Shown here: in pieces, positions 1 through 6,421 of the stretch
Layout: every line of letters begins with the position of its first letter
Numbering within the stretch: position 1 is the stretch's first letter
Origin: Candidatus Giovannonibacteria bacterium
GTDB taxonomy: Bacteria; Patescibacteriota; Minisyncoccia; UBA11713; 2-01-FULL-45-33
Length of the DNA: 16,516 bases
Direction of reading: 5' to 3'
NCBI GenBank assembly: GCA_030699445.1
Contig: JAUYMO010000015.1
Coordinates: forward strand, 1 to 16,516
Translations under genes and position numbers: made by a program
The notes under the pieces: model-generated
What the model was told of the DNA's origin: nothing
The model's database searches: none
Seen by the model: only the letters and a program-made list of their open reading frames with translations

Positions 1-1
1 A

Positions 2-214
2 GGCGGAAAGGTTACTTGGGTCAATAAAAGCCAGAGCCAGATTTGGCCGGCTTCCAATCCGCATCCTATTCACACGGACTATCCCGGCTTTGACGCTTCG
101 CGTGGCTTGGCCAACGGAGAATCTTATTCTTTCACTTTTGATAAAGTTGGCTCGTGGAATTATCACAACCATCTGAATCCGGGCATGAAAGGAGAAGTGA
201 AAGTGGTTGAGTAA
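2..214 (+). CDS. Cupredoxin-like domain protein, C-terminal fragment (5' end lies outside the window)
   Basis: The frame is open from the window edge to TAA at 212-214. Translation GGKVTWVNKSQSQIWPASNPHPIHTDYPGFDASRGLANGESYSFTFDKVGSWNYHNHLNPGMKGEVKVVE follows the plastocyanin/EfeO-type cupredoxin pattern (V-T-W-x-N, F-D, G-x-S-x-S-F-T-F, G-x-W-x-Y-H, G-M-x-G-x-V-x-V). It is absent from the ORF track because no start codon lies in the window. Confidence 0.6.
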   Translation, partial: GGKVTWVNKSQSQIWPASNPHPIHTDYPGFDASRGLANGESYSFTFDKVGSWNYHNHLNPGMKGEVKVVE

Positions 215-227
215 ATAAGCATTTTTG

Positions 228-1103
228 ATGAATAAACAATTTTTAGCTCTCCTGTTATTTTTGGTTTTGGGGGCTTACTTGATTTACGGCATTTTTTTCG
301 GGAATGCCCTGCAGGCGGTGCCGGTTTACGCGCCGAATAAAATAGCGGAGCCGGCTAAAAGTCCGCTAAAAAAAGAAATTGCGGCACCGCCTCCGCTGAA
401 AGCCCAAAAAGAAGCGCCGACCGCCGAGATAATTTTGACCGCCGACGGCGTTCTTTCCCGGACCAACAAAGAAAGGGAAAAAGCCGGTTTGCCGGAGCTG
501 GCGCCGGATCAAAAACTTACCGCTTCGGCCTTGGCCAAAGTCCGCGATATGTTTAAAAATCAATATTTCGCGCATGAATCGCTCGCTGGCAAGGGAGCTG
601 GCGACTTGGCGGAAAAAGAAGGCTACGAATTTATTATAATCGGCGAAAATCTCGCTTTAGGAAATTTTGAAGGAGATAAGGCGCTGGTTGACGCTTGGAT
701 GGCGAGCCCCGGGCACTGCGCCAATATTTTGGGCGCGCGTTACAAAGAAATCGGCATCGCCGCGGGGCGGGGGATGTTTGAGGGGCGGGAGACATGGCTC
801 GCGGTTCAGCACTTCGCGCTTCCTTTGTCGGCTTGCCCCGGGCCGGATGAAAATTTAAAAATCGGCATAGAATCTTTTGAGGCGCAAATTAATAATTTAA
901 GTATTCAGGCATCCGCTCTTAAAGCCGAGCTTGAATCAGAAAAGCCGCAAAACAGAAATGAATACGAGGCCTACAACGCGAAAGTTGACGATTACAACGC
1001 CATGGCCCAACAGATGAATTCTTTGATTGACCAGGTAAAAAACATTATTCCGGTTTACAATCAGCAAGTAAAAATATTTAACCAATGCGCCGGAGCAAAT
1101 TAA
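228..1103 (+). CDS. Membrane-anchored CAP/SCP (PR-1, YkwD-like) domain protein with a C-terminal coiled-coil tail
   Basis: This is ORF 225-1103; the ATG at 228 directly follows the TTG used by the track. It has an N-terminal hydrophobic helix (FLALLLFLVLGAYLIYGIFF). The CAP-domain core is LSRTNKEREKAGLPEL...AKVRDMFKNQYFAHES...GENLA...LVDAWMASPGHCANILGARYKEIGIAA. The last ~90 aa are heptad-like and rich in Q/N/E. Confidence 0.8.
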   Translation: MNKQFLALLLFLVLGAYLIYGIFFGNALQAVPVYAPNKIAEPAKSPLKKEIAAPPPLKAQKEAPTAEIILTADGVLSRTNKEREKAGLPELAPDQKLTASALAKVRDMFKNQYFAHESLAGKGAGDLAEKEGYEFIIIGENLALGNFEGDKALVDAWMASPGHCANILGARYKEIGIAAGRGMFEGRETWLAVQHFALPLSACPGPDENLKIGIESFEAQINNLSIQASALKAELESEKPQNRNEYEAYNAKVDDYNAMAQQMNSLIDQVKNIIPVYNQQVKIFNQCAGAN

Positions 1104-1630
1104 TTTCCCAAAAGTTTTTTAATAGGGCGGCGGAGAAAGTGGCGCGGGAGCTTTTGGGTAAATTCCTCTGCAGGCAACAACTTGGGAACCGAGTTCCCAA
1201 GTGCCTTATGATTACAGAAGTTGAGGCCTATGATGGGTTTAAAGATAAGGCGTCGCACGCGCATCGCGGAAAAACCACGCGGAATTTCCCGATGTTCGGC
1301 CCAGCCGGCCGGTGGTATGTTTATTTTACTTACGGAATGCATTGGATGTTAAATATTGTGACAGGGCCGCAAAATTATCCGGCGGCGGTTTTAATCAGAG
1401 GGGTTGAAAATATCAATGGTCCGGGGCGGATTACCAAATTTTTAAAAATTAATAAGCGTTTTAACGCCAAAAAAGCAGATAAGAAAACTGGTTTATGGAT
1501 TGCCGCCCCTTCGGGGCGAGCCTCGCCCCGTAAATACGGGGCGGGAAAATTTAAAATCAAGCGCGCCTCGCGCGTGGGTGTGGATTACGCCGGAAAATGG
1601 GCTAAAAAACTACTTCGCTTTACTTTTTAG
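1085..1630 (+). CDS. mpg: DNA-3-methyladenine glycosylase (Mpg/AAG family)
   Basis: Family hallmarks are present: FFNRAAEKVARELLGKFL, ITEVEAYDGFKDKASHAHRGKTTRNFPMFGPAGRWYVYFTYGMHWMLNIV, AVLIRGVE, NGPGRITKFL and RVGVDYAG. It overlaps the upstream gene by 19 nt. Confidence 0.85.
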   Translation: MRRSKLISQKFFNRAAEKVARELLGKFLCRQQLGNRVPKCLMITEVEAYDGFKDKASHAHRGKTTRNFPMFGPAGRWYVYFTYGMHWMLNIVTGPQNYPAAVLIRGVENINGPGRITKFLKINKRFNAKKADKKTGLWIAAPSGRASPRKYGAGKFKIKRASRVGVDYAGKWAKKLLRFTF

Positions 1631-1642
1631 TTGTCTCCCGTC

Positions 1643-1648
1643 TATAAT
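1643..1648 (+). promoter_or_regulatory. Possible -10 box (TATAAT) for the glutaredoxin-like gene, with leaderless-type spacing
   Basis: A perfect TATAAT sits at 1643-1648, 6 nt before the ATG at 1655. I see no convincing -35 and no Shine-Dalgarno sequence in between. Confidence 0.3.
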
Positions 1649-1654
1649 AGATAT

Positions 1655-1891
1655 ATGAAAAAAGTTTCAATTTACTCAACTCCCTGGTGCGTCTACTGCA
1701 AAATGGCCAAAAAGTTTTTTGAAGCCAATAAAATTGCTTTTGAAGAGCACGATGTGGCAACGGACGTTAAAAGCAGGGACGAGATGATAAAAAAAACCGG
1801 CCAGATGGGCGTTCCGGTGATAGACATAGGCGGGAAAATCGTCATCGGCTTTGACCAGCAAAAACTAAAAGAACTTTTGGAGTTAAAATAA
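1655..1891 (+). CDS. Glutaredoxin-like protein (NrdH/YruB-type thioredoxin fold)
   Basis: MKKVSIYSTPWCVYCKMAKKFF...GVPVIDIGGKIVIGFD carries the CxxC redox motif (CVYC) and the GVP...G-F motif of small glutaredoxins. I prefer the ATG at 1655 over the TTG at 1631 used by the track. Confidence 0.8.
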   Translation: MKKVSIYSTPWCVYCKMAKKFFEANKIAFEEHDVATDVKSRDEMIKKTGQMGVPVIDIGGKIVIGFDQQKLKELLELK

Positions 1892-1896
1892 AAAAA

Positions 1897-2949
1897 TTAG
1901 CTGAATTTCGCGCGGTCTTCTAATTTGACGCTGAAAGACATGTTTTTTCCGTGCCGCAAAACTCCCAGTTTCAGCTCGTCTCCGATAGAGCAGGTGTCCA
2001 AAATGTCTTCCAAAGTTTCTTTTTCCGTAATTTCTTTATTATTCGCGGTTAAAATTATATCGTGCTCTTTCAAACCCGCCTCAAAAGCCGCGCTCCCGGG
2101 CAAAACGGCGTGGTCTCCGGGAAGCTCTTCGCGCACGATGAGGGCGCCCTGCTCCACGGGAATTTTAAAATGCCTGCCAATATTTTTATTCAATAAAACA
2201 TATCTTATTCCCAAAAATGGCGCCCGGACGTGCCCGTATTTTTTTATTTCTTCCAGATCTTTTTTGGCGCGGTCAATTGGTATGGCGAATCCGATGTTTT
2301 GCGCGCCGTAAACCACGGCCGCGTTGATGCCGATGGCGTTTCCCTCCAAATTTATCAAAGGCCCGCCGGAGTTTCCCGGATTTATCGCAGCGTCGGTCTG
2401 GATTAAACCGCGCAATCTTTGCTGGTGGCCTTCAATGTCGGTAATGGCTGAAAGAAGCCGCGAAAGGCCGGAGACGATGCCGGTTGAAACCGTGTTTTGA
2501 AATTCTCCTAAGGCGTTGCCGATGGCAATGACGGTTCTCCCGAGTTTTATATTTTTGGAAGTTCCCAAAGAAATTACGGTTAGCTCTTTGGGCGGATTTA
2601 TTATTTTTAATATGGCGATATCCGCTAATGGGTCTGCCCCCACAATTTCCACATCGTATTTATCTTCTCCGATGACGGCTTTATAGCGGGCCTCTTTATC
2701 TTGGATGACATGTTTATTGGTAAGGACGATTCCGGACGAATCCACGATAAACCCCGAACCGCCCGATACCGAAACATTACCTTTTTTGTCGGCTTCGCCG
2801 AAGAGCTTTTCTTCAAACATTTTCGGGTCCATGCCCATTTTCATTAAATCTTTTTCAACCAGCTCAACATTTTTGGAGGCGGCAATGCTTACCACGCCGG
2901 GAAGAACGCGCTCTATAATTTTTATAATTTTTTCCTCGTGTTCGGTCAT
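1897..2949 (-). CDS. htrA: HtrA/DegP-family (S1C) serine protease with a C-terminal PDZ domain
   Basis: The catalytic triad contexts are LTNKHV (His), DIAILKI (Asp) and GNSGGPLINLEGNAIGINAAV (Ser). A PDZ-like C-terminus is present (GALIVREELPG...AGLKEHDIILTANN...LKLGVLRHGK). The start is taken at MTEHEE (ATG 2949). The track start at 3009 would add a short hydrophobic N-terminus but leaves no promoter space before tRNA-Arg. Confidence 0.85.
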   Translation of the reverse strand: MTEHEEKIIKIIERVLPGVVSIAASKNVELVEKDLMKMGMDPKMFEEKLFGEADKKGNVSVSGGSGFIVDSSGIVLTNKHVIQDKEARYKAVIGEDKYDVEIVGADPLADIAILKIINPPKELTVISLGTSKNIKLGRTVIAIGNALGEFQNTVSTGIVSGLSRLLSAITDIEGHQQRLRGLIQTDAAINPGNSGGPLINLEGNAIGINAAVVYGAQNIGFAIPIDRAKKDLEEIKKYGHVRAPFLGIRYVLLNKNIGRHFKIPVEQGALIVREELPGDHAVLPGSAAFEAGLKEHDIILTANNKEITEKETLEDILDTCSIGDELKLGVLRHGKNMSFSVKLEDRAKFS

Positions 2950-3013
2950 CTTATTTAATATAACAAAAAAATATGCTATAAGGAAACCATGCCGGAGGCA
3001 TGCAGGCATGCTT

Positions 3014-3085
3014 CCCCTCGTAGCTCAATGGACAGAGCAGATCCGTCCTAAGGATAAGATGGGGGTTCGATTCCCTTCGAGGGGA
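3014..3085 (+). tRNA. tRNA-Arg (anticodon CCT)
   Basis: Hand-folded cloverleaf: acceptor CCCCTCG/CGAGGGG, D arm GCTC-AATGGACA-GAGC, anticodon loop GTCCTAA and T arm GGGGG-TTCGATT-CCCTT. The discriminator is A and no CCA is encoded. Confidence 0.85.
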
Positions 3086-3124
3086 CAATTGGAAGTTTTG
3101 GCCGATTAATGCTACTATAAAAAT

Positions 3125-3379
3125 ATGAATAATTGGTTTTATGGTTCATACGGCCATTGGGCCAGCCCCTTTTGGGGAGGTTTCGGCGTGGGTTTTTTGG
3201 CGCCGATTTTATTGATTTTGATTGTCTGGAGCTTATACTGGAAAGCGCGAGCCTTGTGGCGCGCCGCCAGAAACGGGGACAAAGCTTGGTTCATCGTTTT
3301 GATTTTGGCGCAAACTCTCGGCATTCTGGACATTCTCTATCTCTATGTTTTCAGCAAAAAATCCGGGGAGCAGAAATAA
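3125..3379 (+). CDS. Small two-helix membrane protein, DUF5652-like
   Basis: The 84-aa ORF contains ILLILIVWSLYWKARALWRAARNGDKAWFIVLILAQTLGILDILYLYVFSKK. I recognise this W-K-x-x-A-L-W-x-A-A-R ... T-L-G-I-L-(D/E)-I-x-Y-L pattern as DUF5652. The overlapping ORF 3133-3459 is an alternative frame. Confidence 0.7.
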   Translation: MNNWFYGSYGHWASPFWGGFGVGFLAPILLILIVWSLYWKARALWRAARNGDKAWFIVLILAQTLGILDILYLYVFSKKSGEQK

Positions 3380-3393
3380 ACTTAAACATAAGG

Positions 3394-3464
3394 GGGCCTA
3401 TAGTAAAATGGTATTACGCGTCCATGGCATGGACGAGGCCGGGGTTCGATTCCCCGTAGGTCCA
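3394..3464 (+). tRNA. tRNA-Ala (anticodon GGC)
   Basis: The acceptor is GGGCCTA/TAGGTCC and carries the G3:U70 wobble, which is the alanine identity element. The anticodon stem is CGTCC/GGACG with loop ATGGCAT, and the T arm is CGGGG-TTCGATT-CCCCG. No CCA is encoded. Confidence 0.9.
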
Positions 3465-3526
3465 AAACAATAAATTATTATTTTGTCAAGATAGCGGAGC
3501 GGAGGAAGTTATGGTATTTTGGTTTT

Positions 3527-4078
3527 ATGCCGGATGATGAAATTTTAAAGAAGTCGCTGGACAATCCTTCGCTTTTTTCGGTTTTGATTGATAAATATCA
3601 ACTGCCTTTTGTAAGGAAGGCGCAAGGCATTGTGCGCTCAAAAGAGGAAGCCGAGGATATTGTGCAGGAAACTTTCACCAAAATTTATTTAAACGCGGGA
3701 AAATTCAAAAAACAGCCGGGCGTGGAATTTAAAAGCTGGGCCTGGCGGATTTTGGTTAACACTTCGCTGACCCATTACCGGAAGTTGAAAAAAAGCTTCG
3801 GAGACGTGGGTTATCTGGACGAAATTTTAGCGGACGACGAAAAAGCCGAATCGCTTTTTTCCATGGAAGATAATTTGGACAGGAACGAAAATATCGGCGA
3901 GGTGCGGGATGCTATTGAGAAAATGCCTTCCGAGGCGGCCGAGCTTTTGCGGGCGCATTACGTGGAGGACCGCCCTTACGCCGAAATTGCCAGAAAACAT
4001 GGGATTTCCATAGGCGCTTTGAAGATGAAACTTTTCCGCGCGCGCAAAGTTTTAAAGGATATCATGAAGCAGGCTTAA
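3527..4078 (+). CDS. ECF-type RNA polymerase sigma-70 family factor
   Basis: Region 2 is EEAEDIVQETFTKIYLNAGKF...SWAWRILVNTSLTHYRK. Region 4 with its HTH is LLRAHYVEDRPYAEIARKHGISIGALKMKLFRARKVL. Confidence 0.85.
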   Translation: MPDDEILKKSLDNPSLFSVLIDKYQLPFVRKAQGIVRSKEEAEDIVQETFTKIYLNAGKFKKQPGVEFKSWAWRILVNTSLTHYRKLKKSFGDVGYLDEILADDEKAESLFSMEDNLDRNENIGEVRDAIEKMPSEAAELLRAHYVEDRPYAEIARKHGISIGALKMKLFRARKVLKDIMKQA

Positions 4079-4082
4079 ACTT

Positions 4083-4439
4083 ATGGCTAACGATCTAAAA
4101 AAACGAATAATGAGGCGAGTTTATGGGATTTGGTTCGTCAAACGGGTCATCCCGACGGCCGGAGGCAGTGCTCTTTTTATGGGTATCGCCTTGAAAGAGA
4201 CGGCCAGCAGGTTCTTTGTGGCCCAAATTGCCTCCAATTTTATGGAGGTAGCCGGTTCAAACATTTGGGCGATTCCCAACTTTATCGCCTCGGCTATGAA
4301 TAAACTTGAGCCATCGGTACTGGTTCTTACTGCGGGAGCGGGATTGGTTGGTTTTGCCTTAGCGGTAAAATTATTGCGAAGCATCAGAATAATGTCGCAG
4401 AATCCCGGAATGGTCCGCGCCGCGTACGCCAAGAAGTAA
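4083..4439 (+). CDS. Membrane protein; possible cognate anti-sigma factor
   Basis: It starts 4 nt after the sigma gene stop. The 118-aa product has a basic N-terminus (KKRIMRRVYGIWFVKRV) and hydrophobic segments. There is no HxxxCxxC zinc anti-sigma motif, so the function is inferred from position only. Confidence 0.45.
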   Translation: MANDLKKRIMRRVYGIWFVKRVIPTAGGSALFMGIALKETASRFFVAQIASNFMEVAGSNIWAIPNFIASAMNKLEPSVLVLTAGAGLVGFALAVKLLRSIRIMSQNPGMVRAAYAKK

Positions 4440-4472
4440 CTTAATTTGAAAAGGTCGTTTTTAATAAGTTAG

Positions 4473-4511
4473 AAAACCTCCCCCGCGGCGCGGGAGAGGT
4501 TTTCTTTTTTT
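4473..4511. terminator. Rho-independent terminator, probably bidirectional
   Basis: AAAACCTCCCCCGC-GG-GCGGGAGAGGTTTT forms a ~12-bp GC-rich stem with one mismatch. It is followed by TTTTCTTTTTTT on the + strand, and on the - strand it is preceded by an A-run and followed by TTTTCT. It lies 34 nt after the 4083-4439 stop, between convergent genes. Confidence 0.8.
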
Positions 4512-4735
4512 ACGGAGGCTTTCTTTATTTTAGATAGCACCATACTTTTGCTATCGCCGAAGTATGGTCATAAGAAGCAAGGTCACATCATTTTAATTTC
4601 GGTGTCTGTTTGAAAATATCCGAACGGAACTGGCTGGGCTCGGCGGGCGGAATTCCCCCCACACCCCCCTTCCGCCCGCCTCGCCTTGAACCGGAGCGGA
4701 AAGGACGATTTCAAGTTTTTCTTTGGCGTCAATAA

Positions 4736-5695
4736 CTAGGGATTCAAAGACAAATCAAACAACTGACGATTTTTCCCACCACTTGGGACATCCTCTCCCA
4801 GTCCAACCGCGATTGCTACTTTGCCTAACATTAAATCTGAAAATCTTGTATAAATGATTGCCCTTTGTCCCTGTTTATCGCTTAACACTCTCGGTTCAAT
4901 AATTTTGCCGACCTTGTCGTAATAAATATAACCCTTATTTTCCGCATAAGTGTAATCGTATTGTGTTCCACCTCTCAAATTTTCTTCTCGCTTTGCATAA
5001 CCTTCTACAAAATAAACTCCGTTGCAATTCGAGAAATCAAGTGATCTATAAGACGGATTGGGTTCTATCTGTGCCGGATCACAGTTAAGTATTAAGTCAT
5101 GCTTGTCAAAGAAAGTCATAAGTATCGGCTCCGCAGTAACACCCTCTTTACTATTGCCAAAACTTTCTCTTAAAACATAAAGTTTTTGTTCTGTTCTGCT
5201 GCTTGTATTGATTGCAAAAAGAGTGCGGAAACCGACTGAGGCCATGCCACCTGTATCTTCTAAAATTTCAATAAGAACCACATCTCCGTTTTTAAACAGA
5301 GAAATTTCCGGCTCCAGCGATGGTTGTTCATAATCTTTGATAATTTCTCGGATGTAATCCCCTGTCGATTTAAGTTCAATTTTGGTTTCTCCATTTTGTG
5401 TATGTTGGATTAAGAAAACCTTTTGACTATCAAAAACAAGATTTAGAGTTTCAAGTGGAGAAACGCTTGTGACCGCCGAACTCAAGACATAGGCATTATT
5501 CCCCGTCTGTAAAGTCTGCGATCCTACATCAGAAGTATTTTGAGTAGGCGGAGTCGTCGTAGTGGTTAATTTGGGTAAGAAAAAATACATACCAAATCCG
5601 ACTATAATGGCAGTTACTAAAACACTACTACCAATAACTAAAACAGGGTTATGATTTTTGATACTTACCTGTTGAGGCTCAAGATTCTGTTCCAT
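4736..5695 (-). CDS. Hypothetical membrane-anchored protein (N-terminal TM helix, Thr/Pro linker, ~250-aa extracytoplasmic domain)
   Basis: A 319-aa ORF with a TM segment (PVLVIGSSVLVTAIIVGFGMYFFL) followed by TTTTTPPTQNTS. I recognise no family motif. It is visibly more AT-rich than its neighbours. Confidence 0.6.
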   Translation of the reverse strand: MEQNLEPQQVSIKNHNPVLVIGSSVLVTAIIVGFGMYFFLPKLTTTTTPPTQNTSDVGSQTLQTGNNAYVLSSAVTSVSPLETLNLVFDSQKVFLIQHTQNGETKIELKSTGDYIREIIKDYEQPSLEPEISLFKNGDVVLIEILEDTGGMASVGFRTLFAINTSSRTEQKLYVLRESFGNSKEGVTAEPILMTFFDKHDLILNCDPAQIEPNPSYRSLDFSNCNGVYFVEGYAKREENLRGGTQYDYTYAENKGYIYYDKVGKIIEPRVLSDKQGQRAIIYTRFSDLMLGKVAIAVGLGEDVPSGGKNRQLFDLSLNP

Positions 5696-5719
5696 AAAAT
5701 TGATAGTTAGTTATTAATA

Positions 5720-5875
5720 TTATTTTACTAAATCTTCCATTGGAACGCCCAATGCTTTGGCAATTTTATTATATCATTTTTTGATTTCGGTTTTGGTGGC
5801 GATTCTCGCAAAAAGAAAAAAAACTAGAGCAACCATTTCGATTGCCCTAAAACTACAAGAACTTGTGAGGCTGGT
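5720..5875 (-). pseudogene. Probable remnant of an XRE-type helix-turn-helix gene (frame-disrupted)
   Basis: The minus strand reads ...ARIATKTEIKK-TGA-YNKIAKALGVPMEDLVK-TAA, with the stop at 5720-5722. KIAKALGV-x-x-x-D-L is the typical C-terminal helix of HTH_3/XRE domains. Upstream, the reading frame is broken by stops in all three frames. Confidence 0.3.
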
Positions 5876-6094
5876 TTACCGAATCTTCCCGTCTGCCGCG
5901 TCTTTCAGTAGCTGTTTGTATCCATCCAGCGGGAGTTGAATCCACGACTGCTCGTGGCACGTAGCACATTCAGAAAAAACCTCCCGCGTCTCATCTTTGG
6001 TCTGCAGCGGCAGAACAAATCGCCGAGAATGATCCAATTTCCCGCATATGTATGCCCCGCTCTGTTCATTCAGAAGTTGCTGTAATTCACTCAT
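5876..6094 (-). CDS. Hypothetical 72-aa Cys/His-containing protein (possible degenerate zinc-ribbon)
   Basis: The ORF has a strong Shine-Dalgarno sequence (AAGGAGGT, 5 nt before the ATG). It contains YICGKLDH and ECATCHE, a possible C/H...CxxC(H) knuckle pair. I recognise no family. Confidence 0.55.
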   Translation of the reverse strand: MSELQQLLNEQSGAYICGKLDHSRRFVLPLQTKDETREVFSECATCHEQSWIQLPLDGYKQLLKDAADGKIR

Positions 6095-6099
6095 TGCTT

Positions 6100-6107
6100 A
6101 CCTCCTT
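6100..6107 (-). promoter_or_regulatory. Shine-Dalgarno sequence (AAGGAGGT) of the 72-aa ORF
   Basis: The plus strand reads ACCTCCTT at 6100-6107, with a 5-nt spacer to the ATG (6094-6092 on the - strand). It is the strongest RBS I saw in the window. Confidence 0.6.
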
Positions 6108-6128
6108 GTCGCTTTTTGTACTGATAGA

Positions 6129-6157
6129 ACATTATCACACATTCATAAGCATTGCAA
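6129..6157 (-). promoter_or_regulatory. Candidate sigma-70-type promoter for the 72-aa ORF
   Basis: The minus strand has TTGCAA (6157-6152). It is followed either by a 17-nt spacer and TAATGT, or by an extended -10 TGTGATAAT (6139-6131). Confidence 0.35.
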
Positions 6158-6169
6158 TCTCAATCAAAC

Positions 6170-6195
6170 AAAAAACAGCGCGACGCTGTTTTTTT
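6170..6195. terminator. Bidirectional rho-independent terminator downstream of the tRNA-Lys/tRNA-Ser unit
   Basis: AAAAAACAGCG-CGA-CGCTGTTTTTTT is a perfect stem (AACAGCG/CGCTGTT) extended by A and T runs on both sides. On the - strand it follows the tRNA-Ser 3' end (6235) by ~40 nt. Confidence 0.75.
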
Positions 6196-6234
6196 AAATC
6201 AGTATATTTTTTTTACTCTTACAAAAAATAATTT

Positions 6235-6321
6235 CGGAGGTGGGAGGATTCGAACCTCCGATGCCGTTTCCAGCATACCGCTTTTCGAGAGCGGCGCCTT
6301 CAACCACTCAGCCACACCTCC
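6235..6321 (-). tRNA. tRNA-Ser (anticodon CGA), class II with a long variable arm
   Basis: The reverse complement has acceptor GGAGGTG/CACCTCC and anticodon stem CCGCT/AGCGG with loop CTCGAAA. The variable arm is ATGCTG-GAAA-CGGCAT and the T arm is GGAGG-TTCGAAT-CCTCC. The discriminator is G and no CCA is encoded. Confidence 0.9.
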
Positions 6322-6336
6322 ATTAAATTTTGCCTG

Positions 6337-6409
6337 TCCGCCCAGTAGGAGTTGAACCTACAACCTTGTCCTTAAGAGGGACCTGCTCTGCCAATTGAGC
6401 TATGGGCGG
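6337..6409 (-). tRNA. tRNA-Lys (anticodon CTT)
   Basis: The reverse complement has acceptor CCGCCCA/TGGGCGG, D arm GCTC-AATTGGCA-GAGC, anticodon loop CTCTTAA and T arm GTAGG-TTCAACT-CCTAC. The discriminator is A and no CCA is encoded. Confidence 0.85.
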
Positions 6410-6421
6410 TTTAATTTTTAG

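Noticed and set aside
2950-3009. An upstream extension of htrA (MPACLRHGFLIAYFFVILNK...) that would supply a short hydrophobic N-terminus
   Set aside because: The extension is AT-rich and promoter-like (TATATT near the 2949 ATG). It contains a CATGCC-GGA-GGCATG hairpin, and its start would sit 4 nt from tRNA-Arg, leaving no promoter space. I kept it as an alternative, not as the call. N-terminal proteomics or homologue alignment would decide.
4642-4680. G-quadruplex formation by the minus-strand G-runs (GGCGGGCGGAAGGGGGGTGTGGGGGG)
   Set aside because: Only three clean G3+ tracts with usable loops are present. The same bases are already committed to a perfect 11-bp duplex stem, so the hairpin is the more parsimonious structure.
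4511-4720. Candidate att-like direct repeats of the tRNA-Ser 3' end (TTACGGAGGC at ~4510-4520; GGACGATTTCAAG at ~4703-4715)
   Set aside because: Only ~8-9 nt match imperfectly, which is within chance expectation. I therefore do not claim element boundaries.
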